Source of the DNA: Enoplolaimus lenunculus | Lineage: Eukaryota | Reading direction: 5' to 3' | NCBI GenBank assembly: GCA_030248215.1 | Contig: JASANG010000627.1 | Span: forward strand, 310,001-374,000 | Length of the DNA stretch: 64,000 nt | Shown here: piece by piece, positions 22,255 through 36,900 of the stretch | Position numbering within the stretch: position 1 is the stretch's first letter | Layout: each line of letters opens with the position of its first letter | The notes under the pieces: generated by a model | What the model saw: only the letters and a program-made list of their open reading frames with translations | Databases searched by the model: none | Told to the model about the DNA's origin: nothing | Position numbers and translations under genes: made by a program

Positions 22255-25200
22255 ATGAAAATGACTTCGCAGACAACATGGAATCGCAGAAATAATGTTC
22301 CTGGACGGCAAGTTGACGCGTTTGAGTGATATTGCGTTAACGAAAAACAAATTGCATGTTTCCAAAGCATTGGATTTTAAATCTGAGACTGGTAGCCTGA
22401 AATTCTCGCTTCCTGCCGAAGTTGCGATCTTGCAGAACGCAGGAAAGTTCCTCTTCCGGCTAAATTTAGTGTGGGTTATAATTAGAACCCTGATATCTAC
22501 GCATCGATAGATCTGGTCAGTTGGCATCTCAAATTTTACTTCTGCATACACTTCAAAATATGTTGAAAACGTGTTGTTGAGCTCATATATACTTTTAAAT
22601 GTTATGATCAAGGTTTTATTGTTTTAGCATCAAGCCAGTTTATGGAGCTCAGTTCCCCCCACTGAAAGTTGATCAGCAAACTGCATTTGGAACAGGAGCG
22701 TAAGTTTTATTTATGGCTTTGGCATACATATATATCAAGTACGGCGTTGTCGAAATTAAAATAGAGTTGCATCCAATTCCGGTTTCGCCGAAAAATTCCG
22801 GAAGCGGTTATTACGAAAGCACCGGAACAAAACACTCGGAATAGAGTGATGCTTGGCAAATTATGTACAGACATATATACTAATGGCTTCCTGCGGATCC
22901 GTTTAATATGCAAAAACAGTTTTCAGAGTATTTTGTTATGATGCTTGATTATTTCTCTTTTTTCTTCTCAGTTACTTTTATATATGTTTATTTAGCTTGC
23001 CGTCATCGTCATCGTCGGCTTTGCAGTCTGTCAGCTATCCATCCTCTGGTATTGGCGAACCACCCGATCCTGCACAAGTGAAATTTCATTCATTTGATGC
23101 GAGGTAAACGCAGTTTTTTTGTATAAGCGTCGCCAGGCTTTTGGAAACGGTGGTGTGTGTTCTATGAGAATTTGTAAATGGGGATGTGCGACTCCTAAAA
23201 ACCCCACCCTGGCTAGGCCTTTTGTTTTTTGTATTTTGTATAGTCTCTGGTATGGAATAATTATTTATTGAGAACATTGCCTGATATTTTGTTCAAACTT
23301 TGACGTTTGAACGCGTAGATAATAAACTTATGACTCACTTGCAGTTTTTTATTGAATTGTGGTTTGGTTTCTTCTTGGCATGTTGTCTCTGGAATGTTAT
23401 AACAGTTCGAAAAGCTGGTAAGAAGTATTTTAACAGCAAACTATGTACTGATAAAGGTCATAGCATTATGGAAACTGTACATCTATTATTGATTAGTATA
23501 TCTTTCAGTGTATCTGATGCATGGGCCTTAGACGAAGACTGTTCGCGGCCCTTGGATGGCTTAATAAACCCTGACGCGGCTGCGTCCGCGGCACGCATTG
23601 TTCTACAACAACATATTAACAGTAGCAGTACTGGTCGAGCGGGCGTTGCAGATAATACAATTAACCAATATCCGGTACGGAGTACTCGAGCGAAAACCCA
23701 CGGAATGCAATTGCTTGCTACTCAAAGGGGTAAGCGATTTTTGTAGCGTGAGTCAATTGCGGTAGTTCTGGTCCTTATTTTTTGCAGGTAACAGTATTGG
23801 TCGGTAACATTAGAAACTGTACGTCGGTATATATAGGAAACTCGTGAAACGCCTTCAGTTTTGTATGTTACTGACAAAAGATAAAGCAATGCTTTTTTAC
23901 GTAGGCCAAACCATTTACGAGTGTAGCATGCTGTCGACCTGTCCATGATATCGTAAACCGAAATGTGGCTGTTTTCAAACGTGACTATCTGACTCTTTTA
24001 CGACAATTGGCTATGGACAGAAGTGGCTTTGTGTTATTGGTTGATAAAATCGCGAGCTGCAAATGACCCTATGGGTTACGCAAATGATGATGATGATGAT
24101 GCCTGTTTTTATAGAACCAATCCCAGAATCTGATTCTGCATTCTCGCCGCAAACGTCATCTGTGCCTGGCCTTTATCCAAAATTGCCTTCGGTGTCTACA
24201 TCGGTAAGTGCAGCTGGTCGCGTGGTACCTGGAGCTAATTCTTCACCGACCAAACTGCAAACAAAATCAGTGTCTCCGACTCACGTCGCTCGATCGGGTA
24301 CCAGTGGACTACAGTCGTCGGTCCTCGAAAACGCCGGGAGCCGTATAGGAACAAGTGCAAATTCAGCAGGGTCGACCTCTACACTAACGTTGCAATCTCA
24401 AGCCGAACTGAATGGTGATCCAGCCACTGGTGGTACGAACAACGTTGGAAGGTTTGGTTCAGTTCATTGTACCGATATTGAATCGAAAATTCAGGCAATG
24501 CTTGCGGATAGCAATGTTAATATGGGTGAGTATTACTGGTACATATTTGACGCTATGCATTTTTGATATTCAGCCAAATAGCTAATTAACGGGCGCTCGA
24601 TTCGAATTTTTTGCAGGAATTCGTTTGTATCTGCTTTCTAGTGTTTTATGGCAAATCGACTACATAGTTGTTTAAGCCTAAAGCTATTTTTGCCGTTTTT
24701 CAAATTCTTTTATTTGTACAACCATAATTGGCATACACTGCTAATTTGATGGAGATGTTTTGTTACGTAAATTAGTTAGCTCAAATTTTAACCATGTGTT
24801 ATGACTGAACTCAATACAAAGTTGTGCATATTATTTCAATTGTGGTGGATCAAGTTGTGCTTTCGAACTGATTTGCTCCATTTCATTTTTACCGTAGCTT
24901 CCGTGTGAATGCAAATTAATGTGTGTACTTATAGATAATTTACGAAAGGAATGCTGGAAAGGCATACCTTCAAAGCTTCGCCCATTGGCTTGGCGTTTGT
25001 TAGCAGTAAGTTCTCGCTGCTCTTTTATTTTCGTTTAGCGATATTTTATAAAGTATATGCTACTGTTTACCAATTTATGTTTTTGTGTTTTCCTCTAATA
25101 ATTCTTGAGTAAAGTTGCATATAGACAAAAACAGTGCATTTGGAACTTGTCTAACGCCAGTTGTCCTCTAAGCTTTGTTAGAAATTTGAGATTTAAATCT

Positions 25201-28200
25201 CGCAACAGTAATGTTTTAAAATATAAATATTTTGGCAAGAACCTAAGCCTATGCCTAAGACTGAACTGAACATGATCATTCAGTCTCCAAGTTCCCAGTC
25301 TCTGTCTCACAGTGGGCAGACCTTTATAATATACACATGGGCCATTATGGATGTGCGGCCTCGCTCGGTAAGTCTCGGGATTTGGCTGTTCTCGGTTTTT
25401 TGAGTTTCGCTGGGTTCAAACAGAGACCAAAAGAGAAAGACAAGTGGCGTGGGGTCGTGTTATATACCTGTTGTTGCGTGGGGTCGTGTTATTATATTCC
25501 TGTATCTGTTTGTCAATGTGTTTTTGCTAAAAATAAAATTTTGCAGTAATTTTTGTGTTTAGTATTATAAATTTTGAGTAGATGTAACATTTCGTTATGC
25601 TAGAATGACACAAGTACGAAAAAACATTCAAAATTTTTGTTAGAAAAAAATTATTTTTATGCTCGGTACGGTAAAAATTAAACAAGACCGGGACAAAACA
25701 GTCTAGGTCTCGGTGGTCGGGTCTCTGTCTCGGGTCTCGGTTTTTGACCCAGACCGCGCATCTCTGTGGGCCATGGCCATACTTTAATACTTTCTTCTTC
25801 TATTCAGTATTTTTGCGTTACTTTATTGTGTTCGCAGGGTTATCTACCGTCCAATTCAGATCGTCGAGATGTGACGCTGCGGAATAAACGTGAAGAATAT
25901 TTTAGCTTTGTTGAACAATACTTTTATACGCGCAATGACGAACAGCACCAAGATACGTTCAGACAGGTAGCTATGTTATCGTCACTGCATACAGTTTTAT
26001 AATCTAAGCAAATACATTTGAAGTGGTTGACAGTTATTAATTGCAGATGGAACAAATGACATGTAATAATGGACCTGTGTAGTCTGCACATGTTCTTTTT
26101 GTACGCCATCATTCTCTCAGTATCTATGTTCTACAGGGTGCAGCTGGAAGTGAAAAATTCCATAGCCGGAGGTCGATAAAACTTGCTATAGCCGGAGCCT
26201 GAGGTTACGTGAAATTAGAGTATATTAAACAATGTTTAATCTGGTAATTTTGACAAATATCTGTTAAGTGTTGTCAGGAATTTTGGTTTTTGGTTTATGT
26301 TTTAGGAAATCCTGAATTTCGTTTTCAAAACTTTACCAAAAAATCAAAGCCAAACGCGCCGAACGATTCAATTTATGTAAAACTATAAAGAATTTCACCA
26401 TCGAAATTCCCGGAACATTCGGCAAAAAAGTTTACTGGAACCGGAGTGTTGATTTTTGGGTTTAAAACAGAGACCAAAATTTCGTAATCAAATATTCAGC
26501 TAAATTTTCAAATCGTTTTTAGCTTTTAAAAACTCTTCGACTGAAATTACCGATAAATCAGAACAGGGACCGAAAATATTTTAAATTTTGATAAAAATCT
26601 TTTTAAGCCGAGCAAGAATTAATCATAGTACTTAAAATGTACTTGTGTTGACTGTTTGTTTTAGATCCATATTGATATTCCTCGAATGTGCCCACTTATA
26701 CCCTTCTTTCAACAGAAAGTGGTTCAGGAAGTAATTTTGTTAATTTTTACTAAGTTTCGATATATTTTAATTTAGACGCTGGATTTTTAGTTTATTTCAC
26801 TAGTGTTTTAATGTGTTAAGTTTACAATTTTACATCTAAATGCAGCTTTAGAATAAAGTACTGTCTATGAACTGTTCATAACAGTTATCATTTTTTCTTT
26901 TTAGATGTTTGAACGCATACTTTACATTTGGGCAATACGACATCCGGCTAGTGGCTACGTACAAGGAATCAATGATTTGGTGACACCGTTTTTTGTAGTG
27001 TTTCTGTCCGAATTCATCCGTGAAGGTCAGCCAAGGCAAAAGTTATTGAATAAATTATGGGAACAGAGCATAAGCAGTTCCAAATCGCGTACGACTACTA
27101 ACAAAATTTCAAAGTTTCGATCGAATTTTTGAACCAAAATCTTTGCTAATTTAAGCAAAATATAAGAATGCCGTGTTGCTTACACACCACAACTTCGCAT
27201 TTATAATATAGATTATGTGGTATTAGACAGTACAGCAATTTGTGTACGGTGCCGAACGTAATCAAGAACTATAGCGCAGAAATATTTGGTAAATTTATAA
27301 ATATTTAATGTATTTTACCGACGATATATTAACCAGCATGTGTTGCTATTGTGTGTAACGTCCCGTGCTATAATTTTTTACACAATCTATTGATCACATT
27401 GAACAGCGGGTTTTGTTGCAGACACGGATGTCGGCACGTTTGATTTGTCTCGGCTTGATCTTGACAAACGCAACATCGTCGAAGCTGACTCGTTTTGGTG
27501 TGTTACACGATTGTTAGACTCGATTCAAGACAACTACACGTTTGCTCAACCTGGGGTTCAACGCAAGATTAAGCAGCTGGAAGAATTGATGGAGCGCGTT
27601 GATAGTGAGTTACGAACCGCGGGTTTTAAACTGAACATTGCGAGAAATACAGTGGTTTGAATATTGAATTGTGACTATGTTTTAGTCTGTCGTATTTTTC
27701 AGCCTCAACGTTTGGCGTACAGTGTTATTTCAAAAATAATCCGTCTTATTGTCTCCGCCCTCGGGCGGTGACTCTTGTTTTCACTAGCGGCAATTTTGAA
27801 AGAAATATGTGTAGTGAATATATGAGAACGTTTTTAAAACTCTCATGGCGAATTTTTAGCAAAATTTTTTTACAAATATACGCATTTGTATGCCCTTTTC
27901 AGGGCGTATGTTTCACAGTTAAAGTGTTATGCTGGTAGCTTATCATCTATCAAAACTGGTTAAAACCTTGAAAACAATAGGCATCAATTTGGACCGGTTT
28001 TTATGTGATGAACCAATTTATAGAACGGGCCGTAACACTAGATAGAATAAGCATATTCCTAAACCTATGTGTAAGGTTAAGTCTAAGAATGAGCTTATAC
28101 CTAAGACTAAGCCTAAGCAAAAAAATATATATACACAAAACGATTTATGACCAGCAAATGTTATTCGAACGATGTGAAAATTGCAAATTTTATGCAAATA

Positions 28201-29544
28201 TTGCCAAAATTTGTTCAATTTTAAGTAAACTAGGCTTGCAAGATATAGAAAAATCCATGTTTCACTTCTGCATGTATATTAAATTTTAAACTCAATTCAA
28301 GTTTTTCATTGCTTTGTTTGACTCGCGGTGACCGTTTATTTGCCTTTTAGGCAAATGCCTTGTTTTTGAAATTTTTGGAAGTGTTGTTTGGTTTTTTAAC
28401 ATAGAATTTTATTTTTGTTACAATGTGGTGAAATTTAACATAATCACACGTGGTAAGAATACCAAAGCTGTTGTATGAAAGTAAACTTTATTAGTCCACT
28501 TTAAAACATGAGAGTATAAAAAGCTACTGTGACGAGATAGTTAACGCTCACAATTTTACTTTTTATCTTTATTTTTCAGATTCACTCCATTCTCATTTGA
28601 TTAAAAATCAAGTTGAATATTTACAATTTGCGTTTCGGTGGATGAATAACCTGTTGATGCGTGAAATACCGCTACGTGCCACAATTCGACTGTGGGATAC
28701 TTACCTGGTAAGTCTTTTGGTTAGCTAAGTCGGTTTTACCAGTAAAGCAATGGAGAAGTATACAGAAACGCGAGATTAATTTAGTTACTGAATTTAATTT
28801 TAGACCTTTTCTTGTCGCAACCCAATAATGACACGCCGTAGAGTGGCGTTATACTTTTGATGACGTCTGTCGCCATCCCACACCGTACGTCACCGTGTGG
28901 TATTGCAAGTAAACTACTCACGAATGGTACCGTATGGCAAGGGACGGCTACGGGCAGCGCTGCACGACAAGTTTAGCGCCACCCTTATAAATATTTATAC
29001 TTGTTTTAGTCAGAACCAAATGGATTCTCAAATTTTCACATCTATTTATGCGCAGCGTTTCTACGTATATGGTCTAGACCCATTTTGCAACAAAAAGATT
29101 TTCAGGTATGCGTTTGTTGTCTTGTATATTACAACTTTGTTTTTGTAAAGTTACAAATGTTGAGATTATTTGCTGCGGTTAACTAAGTTTCTTATTTCTC
29201 TGAAATTTTCTTTAACGTAGAAACGTTGTTTTATGTTGCTTTTGTTTTAATGAGAGCAATTAAAAATGAGTTGAATATTTTTTCTTGATTTTTGTCGATA
29301 ACAAGTTTATCAAAATTTGTCAGTTTTTGTCAATCGAAATATCGGAAGTTTATTGTGCAATTAATGTTTGTTCATTATAGTAGGAATCAACTATTGTTCT
29401 CTTCAGAACATTATGCTGTTTATCCAAAATCTGCCAACACAAACATGGTCTGATGAACAGATTCGTCTGCTAAGCGCAGACGCGTACAGCCTTATGTGTG
29501 TGTTCGCAGGGACCAAGAATCATTTGCAAACAAGTCTGTCGTGA
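22255..29544 (+). CDS. TBC1D22: TBC1 domain family member 22 (Gyp1-like Rab GTPase-activating protein), 13 exons, ~598 aa
   Basis: Exons 22255-22307, 22628-22699, 22996-23103, 23509-23729, 24115-24525, 24935-25005, 25838-25966, 26665-26730, 26905-27025, 27422-27604, 28580-28707, 29010-29105, 29407-29544 (1797 nt, phases consistent). Diagnostic motifs: 'VPGRIKPVYGAQ', 'SDAW', 'QIHIDIPR' (Arg finger), 'IRHPASGYVQGINDLVTPF' (Gln finger), 'DNYTFAQPG', 'QFAFRWMNNLLMRE', 'LWDTY'. The start could be ATG 22255 or 22261. AATAAA at 29807-29812. Confidence 0.96.
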
Positions 29545-32500
29545 TTTTGGTGTTTTGAAGATGGAATTTATGCCAAGGACTATATTTGAAATCGGATTAT
29601 TTCTGATAAATGTATGACGATATTTCTTCAAGCGGACGTTGAGAAAAATTATGAGCACATTGGTTGACGTGCTTGGCTCATGAGTTTGGGATGACTTGCA
29701 GCGCTCGGATAGTAGCAGGTGCCAGGTGAGGCCGGCTTTGCGGGTACAATGGAACGACGTGCAGTTTAGCATGGTTCTTATTTTGAGAGAAGAACTAGGT
29801 TGGCTCAATAAAGTTTACATGCTATTTAATTGGTTATTACGCTGGATATACCGTGCAAATATGTTGGAATAGAAGCCGCAAAGTGCTTTTATGCAATTGC
29901 AGTTCGGGAAATTTTGTGGCAGTGTCAACAAAATACTATGTTTGGTATTTGGTGGAAAACATTTTGATTCCAGGCTGACCGGATTGTTGCGATATACGGC
30001 ATACTACTACGTCTAAATTTACGTTTGTTGACGGGCTAGCAATAATTGTAATTGAAATAAGGTGTATTATAGTATTAACCATATTATGCCACTGAAGTTC
30101 CTGTTACTGGTGGAATTCCTGTTATAATTCTATTACTTTTCTGTTCTGGTATTTAAAAGCTCAGAAACAAGAATTTTGCAGTTTTGTTGCAAATTATGAA
30201 CTATCAGCATGAAATTAGAAACTTAGGTGCAAAAACTTCACGGCTGTGCAGCTTCTACTAGCAACTTAGGTATTTACAAATACCTAATAATGAAAACGCA
30301 GAAAAGATGATTCTTAATATGCACCGGGGCCAAAACGATTTTTGCCGGGACCTAATCGAGGCCAGTTATAATATATAATTCTTAATTGACTCGCATGAAA
30401 AACAATCGTATCACGCTGGGTTCTCGTTTGAACAATATGAAACCGCTTTTTTCTTTAAAATTTTAGAAAGTCCGATGAATATTTGCGCGTCTCAATGGTT
30501 GGTAGATAAATAAAACATCTTGAAACTTTTATACTTCAATAAGTTTTCGTTATTTTACTATCCGTTTACTCCCTGCTTAGCTTATGTTGATAGTTATCGT
30601 TAAGTGTTTAAACTTGGTACCGAACAACTTTCAAATCAGCGTTGACTAGAACTTTTTAAAATTTAGCATGTTGGCCCACGTTAAAAGCATAAACCTAAGC
30701 CTCCTAGTCTCTAGGTCTGCATTCTGTCGGTAAACAGGCCTCTGTAATTAACATGGGCCTGTATGTTTGTTTTACAACGATATGCGCTTGCTGACACTTT
30801 TCAACTTTTTAACCGAAGGTATTAATTACAGTTGCAATAATATTTAATTGGAAACTTTTAGTTTTGTAGTTAATACTATTGGTTGTGCAGTAAGGGTGAA
30901 TTGATTTTGATTTTGGTTGTTTTTATGTATTTTATAGAGGCATTGCCTGAGCAACTCAAAAGACATTAATAATGATATTATCTGTAACAGCTGACAAAAT
31001 GTTAGATTTGGATGTTGTTATGTTATGTCTGATTTTGAGAGTTTTGTAGTTGCTACACACATGAAGATTTTTTCTAAAAGCAATTAATCTTTGCTAAACA
31101 TTGCAGTGTCGGTTGAAAAAATTTTATCGCACGGAAATTTTATTCGAATTTTCCATACGTATCAATGTGTGGTAATCACTGTTATGCAAACGGATAGTAT
31201 TGTTTATCCATAATTGTCGTTAGTGATTTTGTGTGTGCTAGCAAAATATAAATTACAAAAGCATTAACGGTATTTATTTTGGTGTTTTATTGTTTAATTC
31301 GATAATATACTGGATTTCATGGGTTTTAAAGATATGGCTGCTGAGAGTTTCTCAACATTTTCTAAGACAAACGTAGAAATGGCTAAGCCAGTAGTAATGT
31401 CTTGTGTCAGCGATTATTTAAAGTCTGAGGTGTTATATGCTGCACCCCAGTTTTTGACCTTTTGTTCGATTGTGGTTAACTTAGGTTTTGGCTTAAGCTA
31501 GTTTTAAGTGAAAGTGTATTAGTGTCAATCAGAATGGCAGCAAATGTTCGGATTCGACGAAAACCGCCTGTTCGGATTCGGTCGTGAAAAAGACACATAA
31601 AATAAGTTTCGGAAATATATGCTTACATATTCGGCAAATTAGAATGGATTTGGATTCGGTCAAATCGTGGATTTGATGCCAGCCTAATGTCAATTGCCAA
31701 GGCATGTTCATCTCCATCGTTCATTGTGTTGCGTCGTTAATTCGTTGTTCCATGGTATGTAGGGTTATTGGTGCTGTGATACATTATTATGCGTGTTGTT
31801 AGTGTTAAATTTTAAAACGCCGTGAGAAACTTAATGCTGCGAGGTACACATTGTAAACTTGTTTATCGAAAAGCTGGCAGTATCGAAGTTTCTTTAACAT
31901 TACACAAGTTTTGAGGGCAAGATTGAAGTTACTTATATAAACGGATGCATAATTTTGTTTTGCTTGATATATTAATGGAATTGAAAATTGATTCATAACC
32001 ATACAAGTTTTACACATGGCTGAAGTTTCTCATTCTTTAATTAGATCGTACTTTTTGTCGATATGTAAGTAAAATAACAGTTGTTTATTAACAGAGTGAT
32101 ACATTTGATGCCACATCGACGTTGCATCTAAAATTGTAAGCAATACAAAGGAATCATTTAACACTAAGTCACAGACACGACAGCTGATCCAAACGGGGTA
32201 TGTGTGCGTGCCAATATAGACCCATGAAAAGATCAGGGGTGCACGCTTTTCTGTGAAACTAGAATTGAGGAAGCTTAAGGTGCAGACGAATTTTTTTGCC
32301 TGGTTTACTTAGGCTTAGGAATATGCTCATTCTTACGCTTAGGCTTAGGGATAATGTTCCGCCCATGTTCTTTAGTTGGCTCAATATATTATGGAATAAG
32401 ACCCTGCGTGAGCGAAACGTCAAACAAAACGTCAGTGTCATAATGTTTAACTTGAATTGTGCCGCAGGTGCAAAAGTTCTTGAACACCCATGGCCGAAAG

Positions 32501-32724
32501 GCTTTGGCGAGGGCCCCAGGTACCTGAGGTCGTTTCCTAGGAATAAGAAAATGGTAGGCGCGGTCCGGTAAATTTTGGTGATCTCCGACTCCTGTATTTT
32601 TCTTCCCCGGTTGCACCCTGGTTGCCGTGTTCCATGGTATAGCCGGATATTGATTTCCGGTGAAAATCGGTGTTTTCCATTATAGAATTAACGGAAATTC
32701 TGTTATTTGTAAGCTCAAAATTAG

Positions 32725-32900
32725 GGCCAATGTAAAGAACAGGGGCAGAACAGTATATATTATAACATTATTCCTAAGCGTAAGAACGAGCATATTCCTA
32801 AGCGTAAGTCTAAACCAAGCAAAAAGTGTTAACTAGAATCTAAACCTACTCTTTAATAGACCCAACAGGAACCTGGACGCCCCTAAAAGTAACATGGGAC
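32725..32900. mobile_element. Copy of the 14365-14554 MITE family, nested inside a hAT-like MITE remnant
   Basis: Shares 'aactagaatctaaacctactct', 'aacctggacgcc' and 'aagtaacatggg' with 14365-14554. The flanks 32633-32724 and ~32905-32980 resemble the 19012-19387 family in reverse. Confidence 0.7.
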
Positions 32901-33660
32901 GAATGAAATTGTTATACTTTTATATTCGTTTTCCGTTTCCGTTATTTTGATCATTATATTTGTTTCCTTCATTGATTTACACTTTGCCGTGTTCAGTTAA
33001 AATTCTTAACCTAGAATTACTTGATTTTATACTTGTCGCCTATTGTGAATGAAACTGCTTAATAAACTGCTTTGAGTGATCACAGTATTGCAGTTGCTTA
33101 TTGTGTTTCTATTTTCTTCACACTTAATAGCCACAGACAGCGTTTTTCATCAAAATTCATTACATGATTCAGTAAGTATATACTGATTGATGAATTTTCG
33201 AGATAGAATACAAAGTATGTTTTCAAGGTTTGATGCAATACCGTTTAAGATATAGCTACATTGCAAGAGGTGAGATTTTAGATAGGCATTATTGGCGTTT
33301 AATATCTGTGTAGAAATGGTTTTTCAATTCTATTCTTGGCAAAATCTCTGGTTTAGCACATTTTCGGACAAAATATCTAAAAAAGTTTCGGTGTTTAGCG
33401 GTAGAAATATATAATTGTGTCAGAGCCTTGCATGCAGAGGTAGGTTCAACTATCATCACCCTTTGCAAGTTTTGAAAAAATTAGAGCTGTGAGTTAACTT
33501 TTTCTGTGAAAATTCTAAAACCTGCACCAAAGTTTTGTAATATTTCAGCTTTTTGCTTTATGTTTAAAACGGTTCAAATGTTTGCAAGTATTTCGCTGCT
33601 CAAATATTTTCAGGTTACTAGATTACCCCAGTTGTGCGTTTTATAAATTAATACATTGAA

Positions 33661-33879
33661 CGATGTGAATCAACGACAATTCGCCGACCGACAACTTGTC
33701 ACCCAACAGTCCCTAAAAGCCTATATTAATAAATGTAAGCGGAATCTTAAGCGTAATCCTATTAAGCTTACGCCCAAGCCTAAGTATAATTTATGGTCGA
33801 CAAGTGGTTGAGTCGATGAAATTTCTAATTCCGAGTTGTCGAACGGCGAGTTGTCATGCGATGAATGGTCATGACATCG
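33661..33879. mobile_element. MITE-like element with GACAA subterminal repeats and a GCCTAA-like core
   Basis: Short inverted ends cgatgt / acatcg. It is reverse-complementary to ~14665-14830 ('aaatttcatcgactc'). Confidence 0.55.
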
Positions 33880-33909
33880 AACGATGCAATGAAAATTTCA
33901 GATTAAAGC

Positions 33910-36900
33910 ATGATTATAGTGCCGCGTTCTGTGGGGCGGACAAAGTTCGTTAACTATCCTGAAGAAATAAGCACTGTAAGTACCTTTTAAATTTCAGCCG
34001 TAAGTATTGTAAAATTATCAATTTTCACAACTCTGCCTTGTTATTATTAACGTTATAAAACCAGAGACAGTTGTTTAGTTACACTTTTTCACCGAGAGCA
34101 TAAGTATTTTCAGTATTTATATTTGTTCATTCATTTTTAGATCATACAATATTAATATTCGTGATTTTCGAATTGGTTTCCGTTATTATTTGCTGGCTAA
34201 CTATATGCATATCATGGTTTTTTCAAAAAATTGAGTGTTAATGAAGTATTTACCAGTACAGATGTTTTCAATTTTGTTACTTTTAGTCGTACAGACGTCG
34301 ACTTTTCGTCAAAGACTTTCACGTTCATTTGCTCGATATTGAACACTACTGCAACCAAATATTGCACAAAATATTGCGGCCACTTGAAATTCGTATATTC
34401 GGCAAACACAAAACATCGCTACGACGGAAAAAAGCGTCAAAACGGCTGAAAAGTCGAATTTTTCAACTGCAAAAGGTGCAACTGAAAACGACAGGAAATT
34501 TTTTCCAGTCTTTGTGAACGACTTGATTTAGCGATTTATTCTTCAAACTAACCTTAAAAGCAGTTTGGTTTAACGATCCTTTTACGTTTGGATTTGATCT
34601 TGTTAAACACCAATAATTCCCCTTGTTCGCTATACCGAAACTTAAACTCTGCAAACATGCACAAGAATGATTATATAGATTTTGTCTTAATATATATTTT
34701 CAGGCTGGTATCGAAAATGTTCTAACCATTACCAGTGGTTCGCAGTATCAAAGAACGACTATAGCAGAAGTCGCAGCATTCTTTCGACTTCGTGAATCGC
34801 TTATCTGCCTGAGCGGTACATTACGGTGGGAACAAGTAATCGGCAGTTGGCTGGCGAACGCACATTTAGGCTACGTAAAGCACGTAATCGCGAATTTAAG
34901 TGAATACTTTGTGAGCATTGATGTACTGGTGAATACAATTCCGGTAATATGGGAACCGACGCAAGCAGAGCTATTGCAACCGGAAGTAGGGATTAAAGCG
35001 GATGTACCAGGACGGTTGATTGCGGATGCTGAACTGCTGGAAGGACGTCAGCGTGATAGAAGCCGGAGGAGTTCGGTGCAACGCGCTGATTACCGACTGC
35101 CGATTACAGAACAGGAACGGCGAGAAAGAGAGACATCGTTTGAGTAAGAGTTTGTTTTTTGTACCCATCACAGTAGACATATTATGAGCTGGTGAAAATT
35201 CATAATTTAGAACGCTGACGTTTGGTAAACTTAGTTTAGTTTAGGATTAAGCTTACACTAGTGACCCGAAAAACAAAGTGAGGTAATAAGACTCAGGAGT
35301 CCCAATTGCGTCTCTGAATCAACTAATTCCTGTCCGTACTTATGTAGATAGATTTCTAACGCTTAAATTAAAGTCCATGAAAGTTAATTACCGTAACTCG
35401 ATAAAGCAAATGCTTCCTTAACTGAATATTATTCAGAACGAGTTTGATTACTAAAAATATATGCTACTTATATTTTTAGCAGTAAGCTCAAGGTTTGCAA
35501 GCATATTGCTAAAACAACGTGGTTAAATAACAGCTAATGACCTAAAGTGAAAGGTATGGGAATAAATAAAGCTCAAGAGGGCGAGTTGAAAAATATATAG
35601 CAGCCTATTCCTGAATAACAAGAAATATAATCTCTAGAATGGCGAAATAAATATCAGTTACCTTCGGGTCACTACAATGACCTTAGATAAGAAATAAGAT
35701 GACACTAAAGGAATAAAGAAAACTTTTACCTCCTGTGAAATCAGCATTCGTGTATGGGGTGTAAATTTAAGTTTAGCAGCAGAAGCGAGTTGTTATTCGC
35801 ATTATTCAATATCAAATGTCCAGTCGCGAAATTAATTATATCCTACGTATAAAGTAAGGTATTAATTATGAAATCGAGTATCGTTCAATATTTAAATAAT
35901 TCTGAAGCCATTTTTGTATTTTGCAGTTCATCCTCTGAAGACGATAGCGAAAGTAGTGTACGTTCTCATCGCAGTCGTGGCAAACGGCGTAAACGTAGCC
36001 GCTCTAGACGCAAAAGACGCCGTCTTCGTAAAGAACGACTACAAGCAGGAGGGGATGTTGATAATGGACCCTCTAATTCGTCTTTATTGGTGAACCCGAA
36101 TGTGTCTGATACTGAGTATTCCGCTCCGAAACCTAATCCACCGGATCGGATCGATACTGACAAACAAACTGAAGTGACGGGTAAACTTGAGAGTATTGTA
36201 AAAATTAATTCATTTCGACATAAGTTGGAATATTTTGTGCTGTAAAGTGTATAATTTTAAGTTTCTATGAAATAGTTATCTGTAAAGATGGACACTGGAT
36301 ATCCTTATATGAAATATATCCGGATATGTGTCTTTAATGAAATATGCATCCGGATATTCGCCGTATATCCAAAAAGCTATTGTGTAAATTTATTTAATAA
36401 TCTGTATTGTTTCACGACTAAAGTAGCTGGAGCTGGCGGAAACAGTCTGTATTCAAACCTCAGTCAGAATATTGAACTAAATGCTTGATGTCTTTTGTGA
36501 GTAGATTTGGTTTTTTCGGTGTGTGTATATATTGTTTGTAAAAATTTAAAGCTGTTTGACTTTGGTTTTTTGCCAATCATAGTTACTGCATGCCGAGAAA
36601 AATTTTTATAATATAGTGTGATATTGAGAACAAGTTAAGCGCCACATTTATCTGTTACAAAATTAAAATTTTTCTATCGCTTACAAAATTTATTATTTTT
36701 AAGACAAAGTATTTAAAAAATTAATAGTAAATGCGCTAAACTAGTAATCCAACGCAAAAAATGACACAATTTCACTGCGGCGCATCGCTTTTACGCAGTA
36801 ATTACGTGAAAAAATATAGATTTCTGAACTATTGAAAATACATTTTTCGTTCCTCAGTAGTCTATATAAGATCTCAGAAAACGAAAGTATATATTCAAAT

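Noticed and set aside
22207..22611. 134-aa minus-strand ORF
   Set aside because: It is antisense to TBC1D22 exon 1 and intron 1 and has no recognisable motif.
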